Positions 19,175 to 27,347 of a stretch of DNA of 64,000 nt are shown here, piece after piece; the first letter of the stretch is position 1; each line of letters opens with the position of its first letter. The notes beneath the pieces were generated by a model. The model saw only the letters and a list, made by a program, of their open reading frames with translations. It made no database searches and was not told the origin of the DNA. The position numbers were made by a program, and so were the translations under genes. The stretch is from sequence record SRR20825019_1943. One strand, given 5' to 3'.

Positions 19175-19674
19175 ATGTCATCGGCATTGTGGGCTGGAAG
19201 AACAGCGGAAAAACCACGCTGGCAGCAGCCTTGATTCGCGAGCTGTCCAGCAGGGGGTTAACGGTTAACTCGATCAAGCACGCCCATCACGGGGTGGATG
19301 TCGACCAACCCGGTACCGACAGCTACAAGCACCGCGATGCCGGCGCTCGCGAGGTTATCCTGGCGGGCGGGCGACGCTTTGCCATCATGCACGAACTGCG
19401 CGGCGCTGAAGAGCCAACGCTGGATGAATTGCTGGCGCGGCTGGGCCCCTGCGACTGGGTGGTGGTCGAGGGCTTTAAAACCCACCCGCATCCCAAGATT
19501 GAAGTGCACAGGCAGGAAAGCGCCCGTGCGCCCCTCTACCCGGAGGACGACAGTATCATTGCCCTGGTGGCGGACTATGTAGTGGACTACGCTGCGGATT
19601 TCCCGGGCCCCGTTTTCGATGTAAACAATGTACCCGCCATCGCTGACTTTATTCTGAGCCCAGGGACATCATGA
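19171..19674 (+). CDS. mobB: Molybdopterin-guanine dinucleotide biosynthesis protein B
   Basis: GWKNSGKTT, IKHAHH..DVD.PG.DS, VEGFK. Confidence 0.95.
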   Translation: MNVIGIVGWKNSGKTTLAAALIRELSSRGLTVNSIKHAHHGVDVDQPGTDSYKHRDAGAREVILAGGRRFAIMHELRGAEEPTLDELLARLGPCDWVVVEGFKTHPHPKIEVHRQESARAPLYPEDDSIIALVADYVVDYAADFPGPVFDVNNVPAIADFILSPGTS

Positions 19675-20933
19675 ACGGGAAAACAACGACTCCACTTCGT
19701 AACGATTGTTTCGCCCTGCCCCCCGGGGTGAACTGGACGCCGGTGGAAGAGGCACTGGAGCGGCTGCGCTCACGCCTACATCCGGTAGTGGAGGTGGAAC
19801 ACGCCGTTTCGCTGTCGCAGATCAATGGGCGAATCCTGGCAAGCGACGTCTATGCGCCTCGCGCTCATCCCCCAAGCAACAATTCCGCGGTCGACGGCTA
19901 TGCCTTCGCAGGACCTTTGACAGCCGTGCCCTGCAGCCTGCCCCTGATTGATGGCCGCAGCGCCGCCGGTGAACCGTATATGGGGAACGTGCCTGCGGGC
20001 CACGCCATCCGGATTCTGACCGGCGCGGTGATTCCGGCCGGCACGGATACCGTGGTCCTCGAGGAAGACTGCGAACTCCGAGATGGCCAACTGCAGCTGA
20101 ACGGCACGTTAAAAGCCGGCGCCAACGCGCGCAAAGCCGGCGAGGACATCAAGGCACAGGATCGAATCCTCACGGCAGGCACCCGCCTGACGCCAACCCA
20201 GATTTCAGTACTTGCCAGCGTGGGTGTCGAATCGGTCGACGTCTATCACCGCCTGCGCGTCGGCGTTTTATCCACGGGGGATGAAGTAAAGCCCGTCGGC
20301 TCAGCGGTCACCGACTGGCAGATCTATGACGCCAACCGGCCAATGCTGAATGCTCTGGTGGCGCAACTGGGCTATGAGCTGGTGGACCTTGGTCATGTGC
20401 TCGACCGGGCCGAAGAAGTCAAAGCGGCGCTGGAGCAAGGCTCGGAACAATGCGACCTGATCCTCACCAGCGGCGGCGTGTCTGCCGGCGACGAGGATCA
20501 TGTGTCGAAAATGCTGAAAGCACACGGTGACATCAGTAACTGGCGCATTGCGATCAAACCGGGACGCCCGCTGGCGCTGGCCATGTTCCAGGGAACGCCT
20601 GTGGTGGGTTTGCCGGGAAACCCTGTCGCCGCCTGGGTCTGCGCACTGCGTTTTGGCGCGCCGGCGATGGCCTTGCTGGCAGGAGGAAACTGGTTCGAAC
20701 CCCAGGGCTATCTCGTGCCCGCTGGTTTTTCCAAGAATAAGAAACCGGGGCGCAGCGAGATGTTGCGGGCCCGCGTTCGGGATGGGCAGGTTGAGGTATT
20801 TGGCTCTGAGGGCTCTGGACGTGTAACCGGCCTGGCCTGGTCCGAGGGTTTGGTGGAGCTGGACGAAAGCGCCCAGCAGATAGAACCGGGCACCCTGGTG
20901 CGGTTTATTCCCTATGGCAGTTTCGGACTGTAA
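19671..20933 (+). CDS. moeA: Molybdopterin metal insertase (Mo/W)
   Basis: NSAVDGYA, RILTGA.IP.G.D.V, STGDE, TSGGVSAGDED, IKPGRP, GLPGNP. Confidence 0.95.
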   Translation: MNGKTTTPLRNDCFALPPGVNWTPVEEALERLRSRLHPVVEVEHAVSLSQINGRILASDVYAPRAHPPSNNSAVDGYAFAGPLTAVPCSLPLIDGRSAAGEPYMGNVPAGHAIRILTGAVIPAGTDTVVLEEDCELRDGQLQLNGTLKAGANARKAGEDIKAQDRILTAGTRLTPTQISVLASVGVESVDVYHRLRVGVLSTGDEVKPVGSAVTDWQIYDANRPMLNALVAQLGYELVDLGHVLDRAEEVKAALEQGSEQCDLILTSGGVSAGDEDHVSKMLKAHGDISNWRIAIKPGRPLALAMFQGTPVVGLPGNPVAAWVCALRFGAPAMALLAGGNWFEPQGYLVPAGFSKNKKPGRSEMLRARVRDGQVEVFGSEGSGRVTGLAWSEGLVELDESAQQIEPGTLVRFIPYGSFGL

Positions 20934-21410
20934 TCAGTCAACGCTGCCATGTACGGCAAAGGCCTCCAGCGAAGCATCCTGCGGGCCCCGGGAGCGGTAG
21001 GTTTCCTCAACACCCAGTTCGGTGAGCGTGCGGCTGACCATCAACAGCGTGTTGTCCTCGAAGTCCTCACACATGCTGCGCATCTGGTCGATTTCCTCAC
21101 AGGCGACCGGATAGGCCGCATCGATATCCGGAGCGCCGTAACACTCAACAAACGTCTGCGCCAGAGTCTGGCGTAACTGCTCCAATTCCGCTTCGGTGAT
21201 GTCGCACACGCCCACAAAACTGGCACGACCGCCTGACTCGATGCTGTACCAACCATTGCTGAAGGCCTGCCGGGCCTTGCCCCTCAGGTCCGCTTCGGTC
21301 CAGTTGGAAAACTCAAACCCGCCGGATATCGCCCATTCGCCGCTGGGAGCCGGCAGGTCAAATACATTGTCATCGGATACATCCAGTCGCAGGGTTCGGG
21401 CCAGTTTCAT
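20934..21410 (-). CDS. Conserved FDH-region hypothetical protein (DUF6505-like)
   Basis: MKLARTLRLDVSD.NVF...GEWAISGGFEF...RQAF.NGW pattern; last gene of the ferredoxin-mrp-ligase operon. Confidence 0.75.
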   Translation of the reverse strand: MKLARTLRLDVSDDNVFDLPAPSGEWAISGGFEFSNWTEADLRGKARQAFSNGWYSIESGGRASFVGVCDITEAELEQLRQTLAQTFVECYGAPDIDAAYPVACEEIDQMRSMCEDFEDNTLLMVSRTLTELGVEETYRSRGPQDASLEAFAVHGSVD

Positions 21411-22111
21411 ACGTGCTCCGCAAATTCGATCAAACTCACTGTTTCGGTCATGACATCCTGGCGCAACAGCATTCGGCCCTTTTCATCCAGGCCCACAAAG
21501 AGCCCGGGCTTTGGCAGGTCGATCATTTTACCCAGGGTGTCACAGCGTGGCCGCCACTCATTGTGTATACGCTCAAAGCCACTGTCCATGAAGTAAGTCA
21601 GCCACAACAATGTGTGCTTGGACCAGCTTTCCAGAAGCGCCATGGGCGTGATCTCGACACAGCCTTCCTCGTGCAGACAGGTCTGGTTCGGCGTCTCGCC
21701 CGGCTCGCCGCCCACCGGCAAAAAAGGCACATCGATGCCGACCACCAGCCAGTTTGGATGAGCGCTGGGATCTGACACATCCGCAGCAAAACGGACACCG
21801 CCGCACACCGCGCCATTGACCTTGATACGATCGGGCCATTGGAAGAACACCGGCACTTCGGGCGGGGCCAGCGCGCCCAGACTTTCAGCCAGGCCTATCT
21901 GGGCCACGTAGACCACCTGGACAGCCTCTTCCAATGAGGTTTCCGGCGCCAGCACCAGGGCCGCGCGCAAAACGTCCACCGCGTCGGAATAGAAGATCGT
22001 GCCGGAATCAACCCCGGCAATGGCGCGGCTGACGGCTTTATCAAACGGATCCGTCTGGTTTGGCACCCATTCGCCCGTAAACAGCGGTGGTAAGCGCGGC
22101 GACACGCTCAT
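21407..22111 (-). CDS. Biotin/lipoate ligase-like (BPL/LplA fold) protein
   Basis: ALVLAPE, QWPDRIKVNGAVCGG (cf. BirA KWPND....G.K.GG), LVVGI, GLDEKGRMLL. Confidence 0.78.
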   Translation of the reverse strand: MSVSPRLPPLFTGEWVPNQTDPFDKAVSRAIAGVDSGTIFYSDAVDVLRAALVLAPETSLEEAVQVVYVAQIGLAESLGALAPPEVPVFFQWPDRIKVNGAVCGGVRFAADVSDPSAHPNWLVVGIDVPFLPVGGEPGETPNQTCLHEEGCVEITPMALLESWSKHTLLWLTYFMDSGFERIHNEWRPRCDTLGKMIDLPKPGLFVGLDEKGRMLLRQDVMTETVSLIEFAEHV

Positions 22112-22953
22112 CGCATGGCCTCGGCGTACACTTCGGAGGCGATCAGTTCATCGGCGATGCGCTGGAAAGCCCGCGACTGAGGGCTATCCGGCTTCGACAC
22201 CACAATCGGTACACCGCCATCCGAACCAACGCGGATATCCAGATCCAGCGGAATCTCGCCCAGGAAGGGCGAACCCAATTTTTCAGCCTCCGCCCTGGCG
22301 CCGCCGTGCCCAAAAGGATGGTGCTCTTTGCCGCAACCATCGCAGATAAAAGAGGCCATGTTTTCAATCAGGCCGAACAGGGGCACATCCATCCGTTTGA
22401 ACATATCGATGCCTTTGCGCGCGTCCATTAACGCGATGTCCTGGGGGGTTGAGACCACAACCGCCCCTGCAACAAAGAATTTCTGGCTCAGGGTCATCTG
22501 GACATCACCGGTGCCCGGGGGTAAGTCCACCAGCAAGACATCCAGCCGGCCCCAGTCCACCTGGTTCATCATCTGTTGCAGGGCGCCCATCAACATGGGC
22601 CCACGCCAGACAATGGCTTCATCATCAGAGGCCATCAGGCCCAGGGACATCAGGGTCACCCCGTGATTGCGCAGCGGCAGTATGGTATTTCCGTCAGGGC
22701 TGGACGGCCGACCTGAAACACCCATCATGCGGGGCTGGCTGGGACCGTACACATCGGCATCCAACAGGCCCACTTTCAGACCTTTCGACGCCAGTGCAAC
22801 CGCCAGGTTGGAGGCCACGGTCGACTTTCCGACTCCCCCTTTGCCGGAGGCGATGGCAATGATGCGGTCAACGCCTTTAGGGTTCTTGTCCTGAGGCCGG
22901 GGAGCGTCGGTACCAATCAGGTTCGGTTTTCCTACTTCGGTGTATTCAACCAT
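22108..22953 (-). CDS. apbC: Mrp/ApbC (NBP35) Fe-S cluster carrier ATPase
   Basis: SGKGGVGKST, DADVYGPS, WRGPM, DLPPGTGD, ENMA..CDGC. Confidence 0.93.
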   Translation of the reverse strand: MVEYTEVGKPNLIGTDAPRPQDKNPKGVDRIIAIASGKGGVGKSTVASNLAVALASKGLKVGLLDADVYGPSQPRMMGVSGRPSSPDGNTILPLRNHGVTLMSLGLMASDDEAIVWRGPMLMGALQQMMNQVDWGRLDVLLVDLPPGTGDVQMTLSQKFFVAGAVVVSTPQDIALMDARKGIDMFKRMDVPLFGLIENMASFICDGCGKEHHPFGHGGARAEAEKLGSPFLGEIPLDLDIRVGSDGGVPIVVSKPDSPQSRAFQRIADELIASEVYAEAMR

Positions 22954-22972
22954 GTCGCGTCCTGTTTTTATT

Positions 22973-24952
22973 CTAGCTGTCCAGGTAGTCGTCTCTGGTG
23001 CGAACCCTTGGGCGCTCTCCCCCTGCCAGAGGCGCGTTTTCCCCGTGGAACTGAGATTTCACCCGACAGTCGTCACACATCTTTATAAGCTGGACGTTAT
23101 CGGCGTTTTTGTACATCCAGTGCTGATTCTCCAGTTTTTCAACGATCCGGTTGATGGTGCTGGCAACACCGAAGGGCTTTCCACACTTGATGCATTCGAA
23201 AGGCTCCTCGCCGTGCAGTGCCCGGGCGCTTAGCGCCCCCTTGGACAGATCCAGTTGCGGCTTCAGGTTGATGGCTGTCTCGGGGCAGGTGCTGTCGCAG
23301 ACGCCACATTGAACACAGGCATTTTCCGTGAACTGAACCTCCGGCCGGTCCGGATGGTCGCCAAGGGCGCCAGTCGGACACAGAGACACGCAGGCCAGAC
23401 AGAGCGTGCATTTATCGGAATCGATTTCGATAGCGCCATAGGGCGCGCCCTGTGGCAGGGGGATCGGCGCTTCAACACCGTCCGCCATCGCACTGACGGT
23501 AACCCGTGTGATGTCACGGCGGCCGCCAACCAGTAACACGGGCTCACTGACGCGGCCCGCATTGTCCCCTTCCGCACTGAGCTCGTCAGTCGCAACCACC
23601 CGGATCCGGGTGGGCGAATGGTGGGCACCGCTCACCATGGCCTGAGCCAGTTCCACTTCCGCGGCAACGGCCTGGCGGTCAGTCTCGTTGTCCGCCAGCA
23701 GCAGGACTTCCGCATAGCCGGCGCCCAGTGCGGCCAGGATCTCGGCATGGCCGATACGATCGATATGCTCAAGCCCCATCGGAATCAGGTCGTCCGCCAG
23801 CCCATCGCCGTACCGTGCCAGGTGCGCCATGGCCTCACCACCGGCGTCCAGGGTATGGAACACCAGCCGAGGGGATTCTTCGGTATGTTCACGATACACC
23901 CTGGCCATCACGTCCACGGCTTTGGTCAGGGCTTCGAACGGGCTTTCGTTCATGGTGATGGCAGAGGTTGGGCAAACAGCCGCGCAGGAGCCACAGCCGG
24001 CACAGATGTCCGAATCAATCTGCACGTGGTCGCCGAACGAAAAAATGGCCTCGGTAGGACAGACATCCAGGCAGCGGGTACAGCCGGTTTTGTTGGCCCG
24101 GGAGTGAGCGCACAGGGACTCTTCCAACCTGAAGTAGACGGTTTTCTCGAACTCACCAACCCGCTCCCGGGCTGTCAGGGCAATGCGCTCCAATTCCCCG
24201 GTTTTGGCGGGGTCGGCCCAGAAATAACCGTTGCGCTTCTGATGGCTGGGAAAGGCCGGAGCGCCACCACGGAGGTCGATAAACACATCACATTCGCTGC
24301 TAGCGGTGGCCTGCACCTCGCCATAACCCAGTGCACCACGGCCGGCGGGATTCAGGGTTTGCAACTGGGCAAACTCCATTCTGAAATTGCCCAGTGCGCC
24401 ATAGGCTGACGTCAGTCGGCCCCTGGCCACGTCGTAGGCGGCAGAGGGAAGCTGTATGGGGCCGGCATCGTTGACGATACAGGTAACCCCCAGCTCGTCC
24501 TGTACCAGCTCGGCCATTCTTACGGCCTGTTCGGTGGGGCCAACGATACAGCACACCCCGCTGGAGCGGATCGTTTTCGCAGGCGCAATCGGAGCCGGCA
24601 GCTGGGCCGCGGCAACCAGCGCCGCCTGCTTGGCATGCTGACGTTTGGGGTTTGCACTCGCGCTCCCCCAACCGGCACGGTCACGGATGTCGATGGTGCC
24701 CAGCGGCGCGGAATGCCCGATTTCGGCCTGCACATCCTCGCCCAGACGCTCAAACAGGGCAGCCTGCTGGCCACAGGCAATGAGTACGTCTGCATCACCA
24801 CCCAGGTGCTCCGCGGCCATCTTCATGTCGTGGCCGCACAATTGATCCACCGCGATTACCTGTTCAGCGGCTGCGGCCTTGCGCAGCGCCTCAGGATCAA
24901 AGGACTGTGTTTTATCGCAGCTGCATAGAAGTAAGGTCTTGTGTGCCGTCAT
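22973..24952 (-). CDS. Large multi-[4Fe-4S] protein of FDH regions
   Basis: CTRCLDVCP, CAGCGSCAAVCP, CTLCLACVSLCP, CVQCGVCDSTCP, CIKCGKPF; start set at MTAHK. Confidence 0.9.
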   Translation of the reverse strand: MTAHKTLLLCSCDKTQSFDPEALRKAAAAEQVIAVDQLCGHDMKMAAEHLGGDADVLIACGQQAALFERLGEDVQAEIGHSAPLGTIDIRDRAGWGSASANPKRQHAKQAALVAAAQLPAPIAPAKTIRSSGVCCIVGPTEQAVRMAELVQDELGVTCIVNDAGPIQLPSAAYDVARGRLTSAYGALGNFRMEFAQLQTLNPAGRGALGYGEVQATASSECDVFIDLRGGAPAFPSHQKRNGYFWADPAKTGELERIALTARERVGEFEKTVYFRLEESLCAHSRANKTGCTRCLDVCPTEAIFSFGDHVQIDSDICAGCGSCAAVCPTSAITMNESPFEALTKAVDVMARVYREHTEESPRLVFHTLDAGGEAMAHLARYGDGLADDLIPMGLEHIDRIGHAEILAALGAGYAEVLLLADNETDRQAVAAEVELAQAMVSGAHHSPTRIRVVATDELSAEGDNAGRVSEPVLLVGGRRDITRVTVSAMADGVEAPIPLPQGAPYGAIEIDSDKCTLCLACVSLCPTGALGDHPDRPEVQFTENACVQCGVCDSTCPETAINLKPQLDLSKGALSARALHGEEPFECIKCGKPFGVASTINRIVEKLENQHWMYKNADNVQLIKMCDDCRVKSQFHGENAPLAGGERPRVRTRDDYLDS

Positions 24953-25101
24953 CAGGAACTCGACTCTTTTCATTGTTGTTATACGTATACGAAACACTAT
25001 AGCTCTTCGAGCATGCCACAGCCGTTTGTTTTTGGACAATTGGAAAGTTGGATATTTTTTGACCTCCTGCTAGCTTGAAGGAATAACAAAAGAGAGCAGC
25101 C

Positions 25102-25680
25102 ATGAGCAGTCGCACAGATCATTGGAAACGCGCGTTACAAGTCGGTGCCGTCGTTCGCCAGTCCCCTGGCGTAACCCAGTGGGCGCGGTATATCTGGAAG
25201 CCGGTGGCGGTCATACCGGGCGCCCCCGAGGCGTTCTGGAAAGAACTGATCCGTGAAGGCGATGACGTGGATTACCACGCAGGCACGGTGACCATGGAGC
25301 TCTTTCGCGCCGACGTGGAGGGCTACCTTGTATCCCTGAACATGGCCGTTCCCTCCGTCTGGATTGTCATGGATAAGGACCAGACCGGTCGCTCTCCCTC
25401 AGGGTGGGCCGTCAGTTCCATTACCGCCAGTGCCCATGAGGCATTGGATGCACAGGACAGTGGCGAAAGTATCGTCGAGCCTGTGCCCATTCCCGAGTCT
25501 CTGGCGGCCTGGATCAAAGAGTTTGTCGATATGCACTACATCGAAGAGCCCTTCAAGAAACGGCGTCGTGACAGTGTCCAAGTCGATGGCATCGAAGACG
25601 CCAAAGGCGATCCGCGTATCCGTCAGGAGAGCGACGTCTTTCGCGCACCCGCCAACATCAAAAAACCGAGGATTCAGTGA
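25102..25680 (+). CDS. DUF3305-like FDH accessory protein
   Basis: W.P.AV, ELFR.DVEGY..SL, V.PVP.P, F...HY.EEPFKKRRR. Confidence 0.82.
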   Translation: MSSRTDHWKRALQVGAVVRQSPGVTQWARYIWKPVAVIPGAPEAFWKELIREGDDVDYHAGTVTMELFRADVEGYLVSLNMAVPSVWIVMDKDQTGRSPSGWAVSSITASAHEALDAQDSGESIVEPVPIPESLAAWIKEFVDMHYIEEPFKKRRRDSVQVDGIEDAKGDPRIRQESDVFRAPANIKKPRIQ

Positions 25681-26312
25681 TGGCTGAGTCACGCCTGCAG
25701 CGTTGGTCGCGCAAGAAAGCAGAAACCGGTAATAAAACTGAGCCGGCGGCGCCCTCGGTCGAGTCCGAGCCGTCACCGGAAGAACAGGAACTCGCCATCA
25801 ATCAGACCTTGCCCGAGCACGATGTATTGGAGAAGTACGGCTTACCAGATCCTGATGCCATTGAGCTGGGTACCGATATTACCGGGTTCATGCGCAAAGA
25901 AATCCCCGAGCTGCTACGCCGCAGGGCCCTGCGATCACTTTGGAAATCCAACCCCGTACTTGCCGTGCTGGACGGGCTCAATGACTACGATGAGGATTTC
26001 ACCAGCGCGGCTAGCGCGACCGGGGCCGTAAAGACCCTCTACAAGGTGGGACAAGGACTGATCGACCGAACCAAAAAGGCGGGGGAGCAGGCTGATAAAG
26101 AACGCGGGGACTCCATCACAGAGCACACGGAGCAGGCCGAAACTGCGGTAACGATGGCGCCTCCGGAACCTGCAGAAGCCATCGAGGAATCCGAGTCCGA
26201 CTTCGAAGAAGTTCCATCAGATACTGCTGGTCATACCCTACCAGTGGTCACCAAAACCGGGGAAGAATCGACACCGCGCTACCGCCCACGAATGCGTTTT
26301 GGCGATTCGTGA
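25680..26312 (+). CDS. DUF3306-like FDH accessory protein
   Basis: LQRWSRKK, LP.PD....G.D...FM, LRRRALR.LW.SNP..AVLDGLNDYDEDF. Confidence 0.82.
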   Translation: MAESRLQRWSRKKAETGNKTEPAAPSVESEPSPEEQELAINQTLPEHDVLEKYGLPDPDAIELGTDITGFMRKEIPELLRRRALRSLWKSNPVLAVLDGLNDYDEDFTSAASATGAVKTLYKVGQGLIDRTKKAGEQADKERGDSITEHTEQAETAVTMAPPEPAEAIEESESDFEEVPSDTAGHTLPVVTKTGEESTPRYRPRMRFGDS

Positions 26313-26419
26313 ATCGTTAGCAACTGTAGTTGCGCCCGACACAAATCGGAGCTATATACAGTAGATCGGTGATTAAAAATTAGACAACAATAAACAAGAG
26401 ACAAGAAGAGAGAGACGTC

Positions 26420-27031
26420 TTGGCCAACACTGCGGAAGTTCAGTGCCCTCGCTCGATCAGCGACGAAGATCGAGCCCGTGCCCAAATGTATCAGTTGCTG
26501 GGTGTCTTGCTGGGCGGCCCACCTTCAAGTGAGTTGCTGCGGGGACTGGCGACCTTAAAGGGCGACGACACTCCGATAGGAACCGCCTCCAGAAACCTCG
26601 CTGCCCTTGCCCAACGCACCACGCCCAAGGATGCCGAGCGGGAGTTCAACAACCTTTTCGTTGGCATCGGTCGTGGGGAATTACTGCCCTACACCAGTTA
26701 TTACCTGACCGGCTTTCTCAACGAGAAGCCCCTTGCGGATCTGCGCAGCGACCTGATGGCCAGGGGCATCAAGGCAAGAGACAACGTTAAAGAACCTGAA
26801 GATCATATGGGCACGCTGTGCGAAATCATGGCCGGCATTATTGCCGGCGAGTTCCTGTGTGACAGTGACCAGCCTTCTCAAAAAGCCTTTTTCGACGCCC
26901 ACCTGGCAAAGTGGGCGGCACTGTTCTTTACCGATCTGGAAGAAGCGCAAAGCGCGGTTTTCTACGCGCCCGTGGGCTCGCTGGGCCGGGCTTTCATGGC
27001 CGTTGAGGCTGATGCTTTTGCCATTCAATAA
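26420..27031 (+). CDS. TorD/DmsD family redox-enzyme maturation chaperone
   Basis: LFVGIGRGELLPY.SYY, EPEDH, FF..HL..W. Confidence 0.92.
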   Translation: MANTAEVQCPRSISDEDRARAQMYQLLGVLLGGPPSSELLRGLATLKGDDTPIGTASRNLAALAQRTTPKDAEREFNNLFVGIGRGELLPYTSYYLTGFLNEKPLADLRSDLMARGIKARDNVKEPEDHMGTLCEIMAGIIAGEFLCDSDQPSQKAFFDAHLAKWAALFFTDLEEAQSAVFYAPVGSLGRAFMAVEADAFAIQ

Positions 27032-27072
27032 CTGGGACCTGCCTGGTCCCTTAACTCAGGTGGAGGTGTCCA

Positions 27073-27261
27073 ATGGACAACCCGAAACGTGAAAACAGCC
27101 GCCGCCGTTTCTTGAAGGTGGCAGCAGCTGCAGCGCCTGCGGCTGTTGCGCTGGCAGTCTCCCCCAACGCCGCAGCCGAGGTGGTGAAAGAGGCCCCGAA
27201 AAGCCGCGGACTGCGTGACACTGAACACACACGTAAGTACTTCGAATCGGCTCGCTTTTAA
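27073..27261 (+). CDS. Small Tat-signal protein of formate dehydrogenase regions
   Basis: SRRRFLK signal; C-terminal G.RDTEH.RKYF.SARF; GGAGG RBS. Confidence 0.85.
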   Translation: MDNPKRENSRRRFLKVAAAAAPAAVALAVSPNAAAEVVKEAPKSRGLRDTEHTRKYFESARF

Positions 27262-27347
27262 GGAAGCGTGCGCCATTCAAGGTTGCGAAAGGCTCTTGAA
27301 TGGCCACACCTCCGTAAAACGAGAATAAAAAGAGAGAGGTAATTGAC

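Noticed and set aside
19567-19602. Short tandem near-duplication in mobB (VADY-VVDY-AADF)
   Set aside because: Small in-frame slippage in a variable loop; no functional signal
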